Below, piece by piece: positions 37,861 to 51,176 of a DNA stretch of 64,000 bases. Under the pieces are notes generated by a model. That model did no database searches. It had not been told where the DNA came from and saw only the letters and a list, made by a program, of their open reading frames with translations. The stretch is from Okamejei kenojei. Taxonomy: Eukaryota. The DNA is taken from positions 30,442,001 through 30,506,000 of the forward strand of contig CM069155.1 in assembly GCA_035221665.1 (NCBI GenBank), given 5' to 3'. How positions within the stretch are numbered: position 1 is the first letter of the stretch; the number at the start of each line of letters is the position of its first letter. The position numbers and the translations under genes are program-made.

Positions 37861-39715
37861 TGGCAGGCAGTGACTAGTGGGGTGCCGATAGGCTCAGTGA
37901 TGGGACCTCAGTTATTAACAATATATATTAACGATTAAGATGAAGGAATTAAATGTAACATCTCCAAGTTTACTGATCACACAAAGCTGAGTGGCAGTGT
38001 GAGCTGCGAGGAGGATGCTATGAGGCTGCAGGGTGACTTGGATAGGATGTGTGAGTGGGCAGATGCATGGCAGATGCAGTATAACGTGGATGAATGTGGG
38101 GTTATCCACATTGGTGGCAAGAAGAAGGCAGATTATTAACCGAATGGTGTCAGATTAGGGAAAGGGAGGGGGCAACAAGACCTGGGTGTCCTTGAACATC
38201 AGTCACTGAAAGAAAGCATGCAGGTGCAGTCGGCAGTGAAGAAAAGCGAATGGCACGTTGGCCTTCATAGCGAGAGGATTTGAGGAAAGGAGCAAGGTGG
38301 TCCTACTGCAGTTGTACAGGGCCCTAGTGAGACCACACCTGGAGTATTGTGTGCAGTTTTGGTCTCCAAACTCCAAATTGGGGGCGCCGTCCTGTACGGG
38401 TATGGCTGCCCAGCCTGCAGCTGTCCGTTTCCTTCATCTCTTTTTATTATTTTTAGTTAGTTGAGTTTTTGTTTTCGGAGTTCTAGCCTTTTTTATGTGG
38501 GGATGGGGGGCGGAGGGGAAAACAGCTTTTTCTAGACCGTACCTGGTCGGAGAGGCTGCTTTCCTCCGGGCTGCACCTTCGACCCGTCCTCGCGGCCTAT
38601 CAGCGGGTCTGGAACGTGGCCTTGTCCGGTTTCCTGACGGTTTCGGCGGCGGCACAGCGCTGGAGCACTATCGCGGAGCGGAGCGGGCGGTGCCTTGCAT
38701 GGGTCGCCGCGCTGGAGCTCCGGTGAGCTGGGAAGACCGCCGACAAAGACGTCGCGGAGCCGCGGGTCTGTGGAGCGGTCAGCTGTGGGCGGCGGCGCTG
38801 ACTTTATCATCGGGAGCCTGGGATCTCTTGCCGAGATCGCCAGTGGTGGAGCTCCATCCGGCGCGGCCTTGTTGGCTTGGAAGCCGTGGACTCCGGTGGG
38901 GGCGACCGTTCCTGACTACGGAGTGCCATCGCCCGGCGAGAACGGGCTTGGAACACCGGGTCTCCGTGGCGGCGACTGCGGAGGACTCAATGGGCCCGAC
39001 TATGGGTGGACACGGGGATGGGGTCTGGACTTTGTGCCGTCCCTCACAGTGGGAACCATTCTGGGGGGATGTTTTTATGTTTATTGTTAACTTTTATGTT
39101 GTGTCTTATCTTTATTTGTGTGCTGCATGGCAAGTCAGATTTCACTACATCAATTGGTGTTTGTGACAATAAATATCCTTTGACCTTTGTCCTTTGTCCT
39201 TTGTCCAAATTTGAGGAAGGGCATTCTTGCTATTGAGGGGGTGCAACGTAGGTTCACCAGATTAATCCCCGGGATAGTGGAACTGGTATATGATCGAGTG
39301 GGCTTATATGCACTGGAATTTGGAAGGATGAGAGGGGATCTTATAGAAACATATAACATTCTTAAGGGATTGGATACGCTAGATGCAGGTAAAATGTTCC
39401 CGATTTGGGGGAATCCAGAACCAGGGGTTCCAGTTTTTAAAAAATGGGTAGGCCATTTAGCTCAGAGATGTGGAAACACTTTTGTTACCCAGAGAGTTGT
39501 GAATCTATGGAATTCTCTGCCACAGACGGCAGTGGAGGACAAATCACTGGGTGTATTCAAGCGAGAGTTAGATATAGCTTTTAGGGCTGATGGAATCAAG
39601 GGATGTGGGAGAAAGCAGGAACGGGGTACTGATTTTGGATGATCAGCCGTGATCATACTGAATGGCTGCGGTGCTCGAAGGGCCGAATATCCTACTCCTG
39701 CACCAAATTTCTAAG
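37861..39715 (+). mobile_element. Decayed CR1 RT/3' fragment split by a younger insertion
   Basis: RT motifs (GVPxGS, ISKF.D) at 37861-38370, resuming at 39204 to the CR1 3' UTR. The paralogous segment at about 58740-59460 is uninterrupted. Confidence 0.85.
38380..39203 (+). mobile_element. Unclassified GC/CpG-rich non-autonomous retroelement, about 820 bp
   Basis: TSD tccaaatt at 38372-38379 and 39204-39211. Ends in tgtgacaataaa plus a (CCTTTG[A/T])n tail. Absent from the paralogous site. Confidence 0.75.
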
Positions 39716-42700
39716 AGTCCTGGTATTTATGGTTAAGAAAAGAACATTGGGCGATTAGTTGGAAAAATAGAAGACGCGCAAACAGACAAAATTCTGGTTG
39801 GAATGATGTAAAAACTGAAGTGCCTCAAAGATCAGTGGTGGAGCCCCAATTTCCTAAAATGCTAAAACAAAATGTTTGCCATTGAATTTGTTAATGACAT
39901 GAAAAACGAAACAAGGCCACCCTTCTATGTGGATAGTTTCAGTGAATGGGCAAAGGCCTGTTAAATGCAGGATGTGGGAACGTGTGAAATGTCAATTTTG
40001 GCAGGGTAAGGGATATAAAATAATGTTCTTTCCAATATAGATACAAAAAGCTGGAGTAACGCAGCGGGACAGGCAGCGTCTCTGAGGAGAAGGAATGATT
40101 AACGTTTCGGCTCGAGGCCCTTCATATTTACATTATAACAGTTTGCATTGTTTTGAGACGCAGAATTATTTCGGTTTGCTTGTGAGGATTCGCCACAGGC
40201 TAGAAAGAGGTACAACAACTGCCAAGGAGAGGTAACAGTGTAGCATCTAACGCCAGAAAAACCGAATACAAAAGAGAGGGTCTTAAGTGTTTCAGCTATA
40301 CTTCATCGCAGAATCGAGCAGAGTATTGCAATGTAAATGATTTTGAAGCAATTCAGAGAATAATTAGTAGACCCATATCGGCAACGAGTGAGTTGTTTTA
40401 TGAGGAATTGCTTGACGGTTAGAAGCGTGAGAGGTGCTTTAATTGAAGCACGGGTGATTATGCGGGGTCTTAACAGCATGTGAAGGGAGAGGACATTTCG
40501 TCTGGGGTATTCTAAAACTAAACGTCACCGGTTACACAAAATAAATGCCTACTTCAAAAAGTGAAGAAACAGAACACATCCATCAGAATGGAGAAAGCCT
40601 CATCAATTACGTTTCTGAAAATGTGGCAGAAGCAGTCTTTATTTTTTTCCAAAGGTAGAAATATTCCAAATAACCAAGGTGAGGTAGTGATATGTTACCA
40701 GACGTGGTTGGGACCGCAGATCAGAGGTTACAATCAGATTAGTCACCATTTTATTGTTTGGTGAATTAGCTTCAAGTGACCCAGTGCGGATGGGGAACAT
40801 CATCTCCTCCCCATTGACCACCAACACAGTGCATCTCAAGGCCGCGTGCTTTGCACCCTGTTCTACTTCCTTTACAGCCATGGAATGAAGCACAGCTCCA
40901 AAGTAATCTATTATCCACCCCCAACACCATTCTGTTTGGATGAATCACTGATGGTGCTGCGTCACCATAGAGAAGAGAGACGGAACACTTGGTTGAATGG
41001 TGTCAGAAAAACAACCTTTCGCTCCAAAGCAACAAGATCGAACTGGTCGCTGACTTCAGAAAAAGGTAGTCCGGGGACCTCAGGCCAGTTTGTTTTTGGT
41101 GGAGCAGTAGTGGAGAGAGTTATCAGCTTTAAATGCTAGGCATTAACATCGTGGATGACTTGGCCCGGGCCCAGGAAACAAATGCATCCACGAAGGAGCG
41201 CCAATGCTTCTATTTGCAAACAATTTTAAAGAAATACTTTACGTCACCAAATACTCTAACAAACCTTTACAGATCTACTGCAGAAAGTACACCACCCGGT
41301 TCCAGAACAGCTACTTGCCTACAACTATCCAGTTTTTGGAAGGACCTACATAACCCTAATGTTGCCGCGACAACGGGACACTATATCCCATTCCTTGCAC
41401 ACTATGGACATGTTTTTTTATTATTGCGTTTTTGGACGCAATCGTGTTTCTTTCTTTCAGATTTATATGTATAATTGATGTATGATTTATTCCTGTGCTT
41501 TTTTCTGTCTTAGTCCACGTGCCTGCGATGTTTCTGCAAGCAAGAGTTCTCAGTGTAAAATTAGATTTAATTTTCTGTTTGTTTCTTTTAAGAGAATAGC
41601 GTTCAGTTATTTATGTCATGCCGTCGTTTTTTTTAAATCTTTATGACTTTCATTGATATTCAGAACCAAACTCATTGGCAAATTTATAGATGTAAACCCT
41701 GGGGGTACTGAGAACTTCAGGTACTGATTTAGAAAAAATGTGCTGGAGAAACTCAGCAGATCGTGTAACATTTCTAGAGGACATGGAAACCTGGGGATGG
41801 ATGTGTCCTGCCTGTATCAAGGGCAAGTCCGTTGGCGCGGCTCTGTCAGACCTACTCACCCCAGTCCGGGCCCGCGTTCAGGATCTCCTTGCAGAAAGCT
41901 GCTGTCAGATGCTTGTGCAGATCTGAAGAAATAAGCTTGGTGAGTGCGGACATCTGAATGGAGGATGTAGATGGCAAATGCACCTCATGGAGGTCTGAAG
42001 TAATGTCACTAATGGAAGTGGAGAATGATATTCATGTATATTTCGTGTTATTCTCCCCTGTCCAATGTGGAACTCCATTATTGTCCATTCGTGACACAGA
42101 ATAAGACACGCAAAACAAACATTAATATTCTTTGATTTAATGAATCACGCATCTTACCGTAGACTTTTTGATATTCAGCTCAATTGGAGATAACTGAATT
42201 CAATATAAGTCTAAGATTTGGCGCTGATATCAGAGTTAATGTAAATCTGAAATTAAAAGCTGGAATTGGTAACGCGAGCATGACGCTATTGAGTTGTAAT
42301 TAAAAGTAATTTCAGTTACTTTAAGAAGGAAAAGTCTAAAATGTATGTGACCCCACACCCACAATTACTCAGAATTTGCCGGACAGGTCCTGCAAATACA
42401 ATAAACTGTGTAATGGAGAATGACAACAATACATTCAAAGCAACCACTCTGCATTGTCCAGAGCTTCGATTTTGGGCAAGTCATAGATACAGCAAACCCA
42501 ATGAAATGTACAAAATCCTGTTTGCAACTGTCTTCATGTTTGTCCAAAAAAGATTTAAAGGCTCTCCCGGAGATATATAAGGTAACATTCTTATTATTCA
42601 CATTCAGTATGCACGAACATTTTGACCAATTATTTCCTTCTCCTCTATCCCCATACCTAGTTGAGTTCTGTACCGACAGCAATATATTCACATCAACAAT

Positions 42701-42725
42701 CATGATAGAATAGCGGCTTACACGC

Positions 42726-42727
<2 letters not shown>

Positions 42728-42758
<31 letters not shown>
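42728..42758. repeat. (GA)n microsatellite
   Basis: About 15 GA units; short and impure at the paralogous site (about 61741-61754). Confidence 0.9.
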
Positions 42759-42761
<3 letters not shown>

Positions 42762-43557
42762 TCAGCGTGCATTTCAAATTTCAATATGACAGGAGAATAA
42801 GCAGATAAATGATGGATGAAATCTATCACAGAGAATTATTAGCTAGGAAACTTTGCCTCGTGTATGGAGGGGAGGGGTGGGGCAATGTGGTTCATAGTGC
42901 GCAGGAACCGAGAGCCTTTGGGTGTATGAGCACACATCTGCCAAGGTAGAAAGATATATCGCGAGAGAAGAGAACAAAACCTGTGATATATTTTGGGTTT
43001 CAAATAATGAAGAATTGAGTAAGCGGAGAAGATAACTCTCTAGCTTTGGTTAGACCGTAGCAGTTTCAGAAAACTATGAAAGGAGAATATTTTTAAGTAG
43101 TGCTCCATTCCTCCAAATCGCTTCCTGCAAAGGTGAAGGAAGTGCAGATAAGCAATGGTTTCAAAATGAAATCACATCACTACGAACGCAGAGGCCTGGA
43201 CCATACATCCAGACCTATTTCAACAGGGAAAGTGTGGAATCTAAATTCTGTTAAGTGTCTGGAATATTTCAAAAGAAACATCAGGTTGTATGATTGATTA
43301 TTACAAAACAACTGGATCCCAAATATATCCTTCAAGTGGAAAATAATCCAATTAGTGCTGGTCTGGCCTTTTCGTGAGCGCAGACACATACTATTGCGTA
43401 TTGAGCTTCAGCACAGAAGCAAGGTACGGCACCGCCATCTACCGTTATAATCGGAGACTGCATCAGTATCTTCTGCCCACGCGGTCAAATGGTCGATTTC
43501 TATAACCGCCACCCGGTCAAATGGTCGATTTCTATAACCGCCGTTACCCAGTGAGAG

Positions 43558-43867
43558 GGTACACAAAAAGCTGGTGAAACTCAGCGGGTGCAGCAGCATC
43601 TAAGGAGCGAAGGAGATAGGCGACGTTTCGGGTCGAGACCCTTCTTCAGACTCCCCCACCAGGACGGTCTCAAAGCCCTCCGGTTCTTCCTCGACCAGAG
43701 GAGCAACCCATACCCGTCCACTGACACCCTCCTCCGCCTAGCAGAGTTAAATAAACCCCCACCAGGACGGTCTCAAAGCCCTCCGGTTCTTCCTCGACCA
43801 GAGGAGCAACCCATACCCGTCCACTGACACCCTCCTCCGCCTAGCAGAGTTAAATAAATCGATACCT
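43558..43867. mobile_element. Penelope-like insertion: inverted hammerhead-bearing arm plus a tandemly duplicated RT fragment
   Basis: Direct repeat ttacccagtgagag at 43544-43557 and 43868-43881. Core at 43622-43649 (-). A 103-bp unit occurs twice and encodes PHQDGLKALRFFLDQRSNPYPSTDTLLRLAEL, resembling Penelope RT just after motif A. Confidence 0.8.
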
Positions 43868-46319
43868 TTACCCAGTGAGAGCTGCTTGGATGTTTTTTTG
43901 TCCGAACTCTTTTTTTAAGATGATGTCACTATGAATTGCACTTACGAGGACAAATATTTTGTGTTTGTTTCTCCAAGTGCAATTGAGCATTCAGTAAGTT
44001 TCTTGCTTCCGTCTTTTTTAGTCATGTGTGAAAAGTTAAAGCCGCTCCTCACTTAGTATATTCGCATCCACACCCATAATCGCCAAAAGAGTAGGGATTA
44101 GATGGGTTTATGGGCATGCACATTATCGTAATATTGCTACAGTGATAATTAACCATTTGTCCTATCTCCGCGTAAATGAACATTATTTCATAACCGATGC
44201 AATGCTGCCATCTACTGTTGCAAGACTGTACGGCACAGAGACGAACTTGTGGGCAATACCAGCATTTTCACGTCATGCCGTTTGCATTTGCCTCCCCATA
44301 AACGACAAGAACTGTAAATATCCCAAAGGTGCTGCAGATGATGTCACTATTTTGGATTGGTTCATCATCTAAGAGAACGATAACGGCAGAAACCACCGAA
44401 GATCGTCAAATGCAGCGCCACATCATGCAGGATGAAAATGTACTCGAAGCTACATCTTGTGTTATTGTGAGCGGCCAGACAACTCTATTTTACGATACAG
44501 AGATGAGCCCCGCATTCCTCTGCCAACTGCGCTTCTTTATGTATCACTTGGAGTTATTCAGTAGAGAAACAGCCATTCGGCCCAACGAGTCCCACCTGCC
44601 CGCGTTTGGCCCGTATCCCTCTAAACCATTCCTATCAATGTACCTGTCCAAATTTTTTAAAATGTTGTTATAGTACCTATTTGAACTACCTCTTGTGGCA
44701 GCTCGTTCCATGTGCTCACCAACCTCTGTGCGAAAATGTTGCCCACCAGATTCCTATTAAATCATTCATCTCTCACCTTAAACCTACGTCATCTACAATT
44801 TTACCCAGAGTAGCAGAATCAAGAACCAGCGGTTGTGAACAGCGATCATATTTCATAATAGCGATCCACTTGTGATCATATAAGCATAGGAATTGTTCCC
44901 AATTATATTGTTATTTACGAATGATCTGCATTCAAATAAATGCAATTTCATAAATTTCCCAATTATTTATTTACGTAATATTTACGTATATTACGTGAGA
45001 CTTGTACTACCATTTCTTCTGTGAAATTAAATCTAACCGGGAATGAGACATATTGCCCTCTGGGTTTTCTTCCGGAAGACAAACAAATTGCAGAACAAAT
45101 GAGAATTTTCACGAGAGCTCCCAGGTTGCTACGCAGACTTATGTGTTGTAAATGCAGTATATGATGGATATAACAACTGGTGAAATTTACTAAAGTACAG
45201 TAATGCAATTGAATATATATCACAGTAGCTTGCAGTCGAAGCACCTTTAAAAGATGTAGTTATATAATTTGATTCTCGCCTAATTTAATTGAAAACGCCA
45301 TTATTCATTTCACCAGGCTAACTACCTCAAAAGGAGGAAATTTGTAATAAATAGCTGATCAGACACAAATAATGTATTAACTGGAAAGAGCAGGAGGTCT
45401 CAAATGCTGGACCTAAAAGCATCCCTAATTTTAACTATTTTCATTATTGGCATCAGTCTTCCCCTGGCAAATCCCAAATCTCTGGAATTTCACACCAGCA
45501 TATCTTCATCTCACCATTTTGCACTCCTCCTTGTAGCTAACCTCAAAGGCCATCTCTGTTGACCAAAGTTTAGTCCCTTGATCCTTTTTTTAATTAGCAA
45601 GTGAAATTTCCTTCTGAAACTGTTGCAGTTTTATACATATATTTCAAATTTATTTATTTTAAAGGTCATTTAAAAATGTGGATTATTGGATTCAGGTTAC
45701 ACCATTGGAATTCATTTGATTCAGCTTACACCATCTGACAACATGGGAAGTGGAACAATTTTAACATGTAAATTGTCCTTCATGCCTGGTCTGACCAACC
45801 TACTTCCACAAACTGCATTGTAATTCCACTGTACCAGAACCAACATAATCTCACAAAATACAGCCGGAACGCAAAAGAGCCTGTCATTGATGTGAACATT
45901 AAAGCCATTGAACAACGGGATGTGTTTTAGGATCCCAGGAAAGAACCATCGGCGGATCTGCCATTGGCCAGCACCAATGGTTCTAGAGTAGGGAAGAGGT
46001 CGTTGGCGAATAGGGTTCGTGGGGTGGGACTATGAGCAAGATTATTATTCCTTATCATTTCTGAGTGTAAATAAACCACGTGGCGCCGCGGAGATGTGAC
46101 GGCAGGAGCTTGCTGGGCAAAATATCCAAGCTCGTATGGAGGTTGAGGAAAACTACGTTGATGAAACACTAAACGCTGACCAGTATTTCCAAAATAACCG
46201 TCGCCCATCAAAAGCAAACGAAGCCTCGCGGGGGAAAGGAAAATGGGGACAAAGCATGGATATGTTCGACTTGCAACTGGGTGTAGGATATCAATGTAGA
46301 TTGGGGCTAGCCACCGGGA

Positions 46320-46720
46320 GATCTAGTAGGCCATCGCAAGTTCGGATAAACGGTCGCCGAGTCTACGCTTGGCCTAGCCGATGTTCAGTAACCCACCTCC
46401 AGAACACCAGATCGAGGAGATAAGGTTAGAGAATGTGCATGTGAATCTCACTGCCGATGTTCCTGGGTGGAGCTGAGGGTGGAGGAATACGAACAGATGT
46501 TAAATCTCCCGCGGTTGCAGGGTAAGGTGCAGGAGTGGGGGTGGCTTCGGTGAAAAGAGATGAGTGAACCAAGGAGTTGCGGCGGGAGTGGTCTCTGCGG
46601 AAGGCGGAGAAGGTTGGAGATTGGAAGATGTGCTTAGTGGTGGGATCACGTTGGGAGGTGACAAATATGTCAAATAAGTATGTGTTGGATGCAGAGGCTG
46701 GTGGGGTGAAAGATGAGGCC
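46320..46720 (-). mobile_element. Penelope-like element remnant: linker and GIY-YIG endonuclease
   Basis: QRDPTTKHIF..PTFSAFRRDHS.RNSLVHS, then in another frame RFTCTFSNLISSIWCSGGGLLNIG*AKRRLGDRLSE, a degenerate GIY-YIG signature. Confidence 0.78.
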
Positions 46721-47252
46721 CGGGGAACTCGAGTGGAACACGATCGACGAGTCCACGGACCTGAGTCGTTTAGGCGATATCGATCTTTAATCGTGGAATT
46801 ACGGTTCAGGTGGGGAATAAATAAAAAGAGGCCCACAGGAGCCGTTGGAAGAAGAGGAGGAGGGGGAGGAGCGACACCTGACCGGTAAGGATAAAAATCA
46901 AGCGCGGGGCTTGTTTCTCCAGAGGCCCACAGGAGCCGTTGGAAGAAGAGGAGGAGGGGGAGGAGCGACACCTGACCGGTAAGGATAAAAATGAAGCGCG
47001 GGGCTTGTTTTTACCAAAATCCATAACATTCCATTTGGAGAAGTGTTTTTTTTTTGAGGAAGCCGCTGATTGGTGGAAGAGGACCCGAGGAAGCAGCTGA
47101 TTGGGTGCAACCCCGGGTTTACAATTTTACATTTCTGCCTTCTGGGAGTTAGGGATTCTGGGAGTTAAGGATTCAGTATTTAGTAGTAAAGTTTAAAGGA
47201 TAAGTTTTTGTGTTTTTTTAATATTTAATACAGAGTAATTTGGGAGTAAGGT

Positions 47253-48203
47253 ATGGCAGTAGAGATTGGCCCCGTGGTTTGTTCAGTCTGCAACATGTGG
47301 GAGATCAGGGAGATGGTCGGTGTCCCTGGTGACTACGTTTGCAGGAAGTGTGTCCAGCTGCAGCTCCTGGCAGACCACATTGAACGATTGGAACTGCGGC
47401 TGGATTCATACTGGAGCATCCACAATGCGGAGAAAGTCGTGGATAGCACGTACAGTGAGTTGGTCACACCGCAGGCAAAAGGTAAGAGGACAAGAAGGGA
47501 ACGGGTGGCCAATAGCCAGCAAAGCAGTAGGCAGGTAGTGCAGGAGTCCCCTGCGGTCATCTCCCTCCTAAAACAGGTATACCATTTTGGATACTGTTGA
47601 GGGAGATGGCTCATCAGGGGAATGCAGCAGCAGCCAAGTTCATGGCACCATGGGTGGCTCTGCAGCACATGAGGGGGGGGAAAAAGAGGGGAAGGGCAAT
47701 AGTAATAGGGGATTCAATTGTCAGGGGAATAGATAGGCGTTTCTGCGGCCGCAAACGAGACTCCAGGATGGTATGTTGCCTCCCTGGTGCAAAGGTCAGG
47801 GATGTCACTGAACGGCTGCAGAACATTCTGGAGGGGGAGGGTGAACAGCCAGTTGTCGTGGTGCATGTTGGCACCAACGATATAGGTAAAAAAAAAGGGA
47901 TGAGGTCCTACAAGGTGAATTTAGGGAGCTAGGAGATAAACTTAAAAGTAGGACCTCAAAGGTAGTAATTTCCGGATTACTACCAGTACCACGGGCCAGT
48001 CAGAGTAGAAATAGGAGGATAATGCAAATGAATACGTGGCTTGAAAAGTGGTGCAAGGGGGAGGGATTCAAATTTTTAGGGCACTGGGACCAGTTCTGGG
48101 GAGGTGGGACCGGTACAAACAGGACGGTTTGCACCTGGAATGGAATGGAACCAATGTTCTTGGGGGAGTGTTTGCTAGTGCTGTCGGGGAGGATTTAAAC
48201 TAA
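47253..48203 (+). pseudogene. CR1 ORF1: N-terminal CxxC...CxxC zinc finger and leucine zipper plus SGNH esterase, frameshifted
   Basis: CSVC...CRKC, LLADHIERLELRL, IVIGDSIVRG, CLPGA, VHVGTND, DGLH. Ends DLN*. Confidence 0.88.
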
Positions 48204-51176
48204 TGTGGCAGGGGGATGGGTACAAGAGCAGAGAGGCAGGAGGGTGTAAAATGAGGGTAGAAGCATTAGGTAGCAAGATGAAAAGTAAAAGTGGCAGGCA
48301 GACAAAACCAGGGCAAAAATCAAAAAGGGCCACTTTTCAGCAAAATTGTACAAGGGGTAAGTGCGTTGTAAAGACAAGCCTGAAGGCTTTGTGTCTCAAT
48401 GCAAGGAGTATTCGTAATAAGGTGGACTAGTTGAACGTGCAGATAGATATTAATGATTATGATATAGTTGGGATCACGGAGACATGGCTCCAGGGTGACG
48501 TAGGCTGGGAGCTGAACATCCAGGGATATTCAATATTCAGGAGGGATAGAGAGAAAGGAAAAGGAGGTGGGGTAGCGTTGCTGGTTAGAGAGGAGATTAA
48601 CGCAATGGAAAGGAAGGACATTAGCTTGGAGGATGTGGAATCGGTATGGGTAGAGCTACAAAACACTAAGGGGCAGAAAACGCTGGTGGGTGTTGTGTAC
48701 AGGCCACCTAACAGTAGCAGAGAAGTTGGGGATGGTATCAAACAGGAAATTAGAAATGCGTGCGACAAAGGCAAAACAGTTATAATGGGTGACTTCAATC
48801 TACATATAGATTGGTTAATCAAATTGGCAGGGGTGCTGAGGAAGAGGATTTTTTGGAATGTATGCGGGATAGTTATCTAAATCAACATGTAGAGGAACCA
48901 ACGAGAGAGCAGGCTATTTTAGACTGGGTTTTGAGTAATGAGGAAGGGGTAATTAGCCGTCTTGTTGTACGTGCCCCCTTGGGCAAGAGTGACCATAATA
49001 TGGTTGAGTTCTTCATTAGGATGGAGAGTGACATTGTTAATTCAGAAACAATGGTTCTGAACTTAAAGAAAGGTAACTTTGAGGGTATGAGACGTGAATT
49101 GGCCAAGATTGACTGGCAATTAATTCTAAAAGGGTTGACGGTGGATATACAATGGAAGACATTTAAAGACTGCATGGATGAACTACAAAAATTGTTCATC
49201 CCAGTTTGGCAAAAGAATAAATCGGGGAAGGTAGTGCATCCGTGGATAACAAGGGAAATCGGGGATAGTATCAAAGCAAAGGATGATGCGTACAAAGTAG
49301 CCAGAAAAAGCAGCATACCAGAGGACTGGGAGAAATTCAGAGACCAGCAGAGGAGGACAAAGGGCTTAATTAGGAAAGGAAAAATAGATTATGAAAGAAA
49401 ACTGGCAGGGAACATAAAAACTGACTGCAAAAGTTTTTATAGATATGTGAAGAGAAAGAGGTTAGTTAAAACAAATGTAGGTCCCTTGCAGTCAGAAACA
49501 GGTGAGTTGATCATGGGGAACAAGGATATGGCGGACCAATTGAATAACTACTTTGGTTCCGTCTTCACTAAGGAAGACATAAATAATCTGCCTGAAATAG
49601 CAGGGGACTGTGGGTCAAAGGAGGAATTGAGTGAAATCCAGGTCAGTCGGGAAGTGGTGTTGGGTAAATTGAATAGATTAAAGGCCGATAAATCCCCAGG
49701 GCCAGATAGGCTGCATCCCAGAGTACTTAAGGAAGTAGCTCAGGAAATAGTGGATGCATTAGTGATAATCTTTCAAAACTCTTTAGATTCTGGAGTAGTT
49801 CCTGAGGATTGGCGGGTAGCAAATGTAACCCCTCTTTTTAAGAAGGGAGGGAGAGAAAACGGGGAATTACAGACCAGTTAGTCTAACATCGGTAGTGGGG
49901 AAACTGCTAGAGTCAGTTATTAAAGATGGGATAGCAGCACATTTGGAAAGTGGTGAAATCATTGGACAAAGTCAGCATGGATTTACAAAAGGTAAATCAT
50001 GTCTGACGAATCTTGTGGAATTTTTCGAGGATGTAACTAGTAGCGTGGATAAGGGAGAACCAGTGGATGTGGTATATCTGGACTTCCAGAAGGCTTTCGA
50101 CAAGGTCCCACATAAGAGATTAGTATACAAACTTAAAGCATACGGTATTAGGGGTTCAGTATTGATGTGGATAGAGAACTGGCTGGCAAACAGGAAGCAA
50201 AGAGTAGGAGTAAACGGGTCCTTTTCACAATGGCAGGCAGTAACTAGTGGGGTACCGCAGGGCTCAGTGCTGGGACCCCAGCTATTTACAATATATATTA
50301 ATGATCTGGATGAGGGAATTGAAGGCAATATCTCCAAGTTTGCGGATGACACTAAGCTGGGGGGCAGTGTTTCGCTGTGAGGAGGATGCTAGGAGACTGC
50401 AAGGTGACTTGGATAGGCTGGGTGAGTGGGCAAATGTTTGGCAGATGCAGTATAATGTGGATAAATGTGAGGTTATCCACTTTGGTGGCAAAAAACAGGA
50501 AAGCAGACTATTATTTAAATGGTGGCCGATTAGGAAAAGGGGAGATGCAGCGAGACCTGGGTGTCATGGTATACCAGTCATTGAAAGTAGGCATGCAGGT
50601 GCAGCAGGCAGTGAAAAAAGCGAATGGTATGTTAGCTTTCATAGCAAAAGGATTTGAGTACAGGAGCAGGGAGGTTCTACTTCAGTTGTACAGGGTCTTG
50701 GTGAGACCACACCTGGAGTATTGCGTACAGTTTTGGTCTCCAAATCTGAGGAAGGACATTATTGCCATAGAGGGAGTGCAGAGAAGGTTCACCAGACTTC
50801 TGGGATGTCAGGACTGTCTTATGAAGAAAGACTGGATAGACTCGGTTTATACTCTCTGGAATTTAGGAGATTGAGAGGGGATCTTATAGAAACTTACAAA
50901 ATTCTTAAGGGGTTGGACAGGCTAGATGCAGGAAGATTGTTCCCGATGTTGGGGAAGTCCAGGACAAGGGGTCACAGCTTAAGGATCAGGGGGAAATCCT
51001 TTAAGACCGAGATGAGAAAGACTTTTTTCACACAGAGAGTGGTGAGTCTCTGGAACTCTCTGCCACAGAGGGTAGTTGAGGCCAGTTCATTGGCTATATT
51101 TAAGAGTGAGTTGGATGTGGCCCTTGTGGCTAAGGGGATCAGAGGGTATGGAGAGAAGGCAGGTACGGGATACTGA
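48203..51176 (+). pseudogene. CR1 ORF2 (APE endonuclease plus reverse transcriptase), broken by one stop and several 1-nt frameshifts
   Basis: [51 protein letters not shown] spread over ORFs 48203, 48431, 48811, 49895, 50377 and 50721. TAG at 48428-48430 where the copy at 1-1272 has GAG. Confidence 0.92.

Larger units (their letters stand above)
27667..44950. repeat. Segmental duplication copy A (cluster 2 unit), paralogous to about 52941-63430
   Basis: Collinear non-coding similarity (about 85% by eye) 3' of C, through the J-C intron and at least 9 kb upstream of the leader. Examples: 28100-28980 vs 53400-54200, 42220-43170 vs 61240-62370, 43970-44950 vs 62390-63430. Confidence 0.92.

Noticed and set aside
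38495-39166. 223-aa GC-rich ORF as a host gene
   Set aside because: Wholly inside a TSD-flanked insertion, no recognisable domain, and open frames on both strands reflect GC content.
43653-43858. Repeat-spacer-like patterns (also 24412-24492, 43482-43542, 15051-15150) as a CRISPR array
   Set aside because: Eukaryotic DNA, adjacent tandem units without unique spacers, no cas genes.
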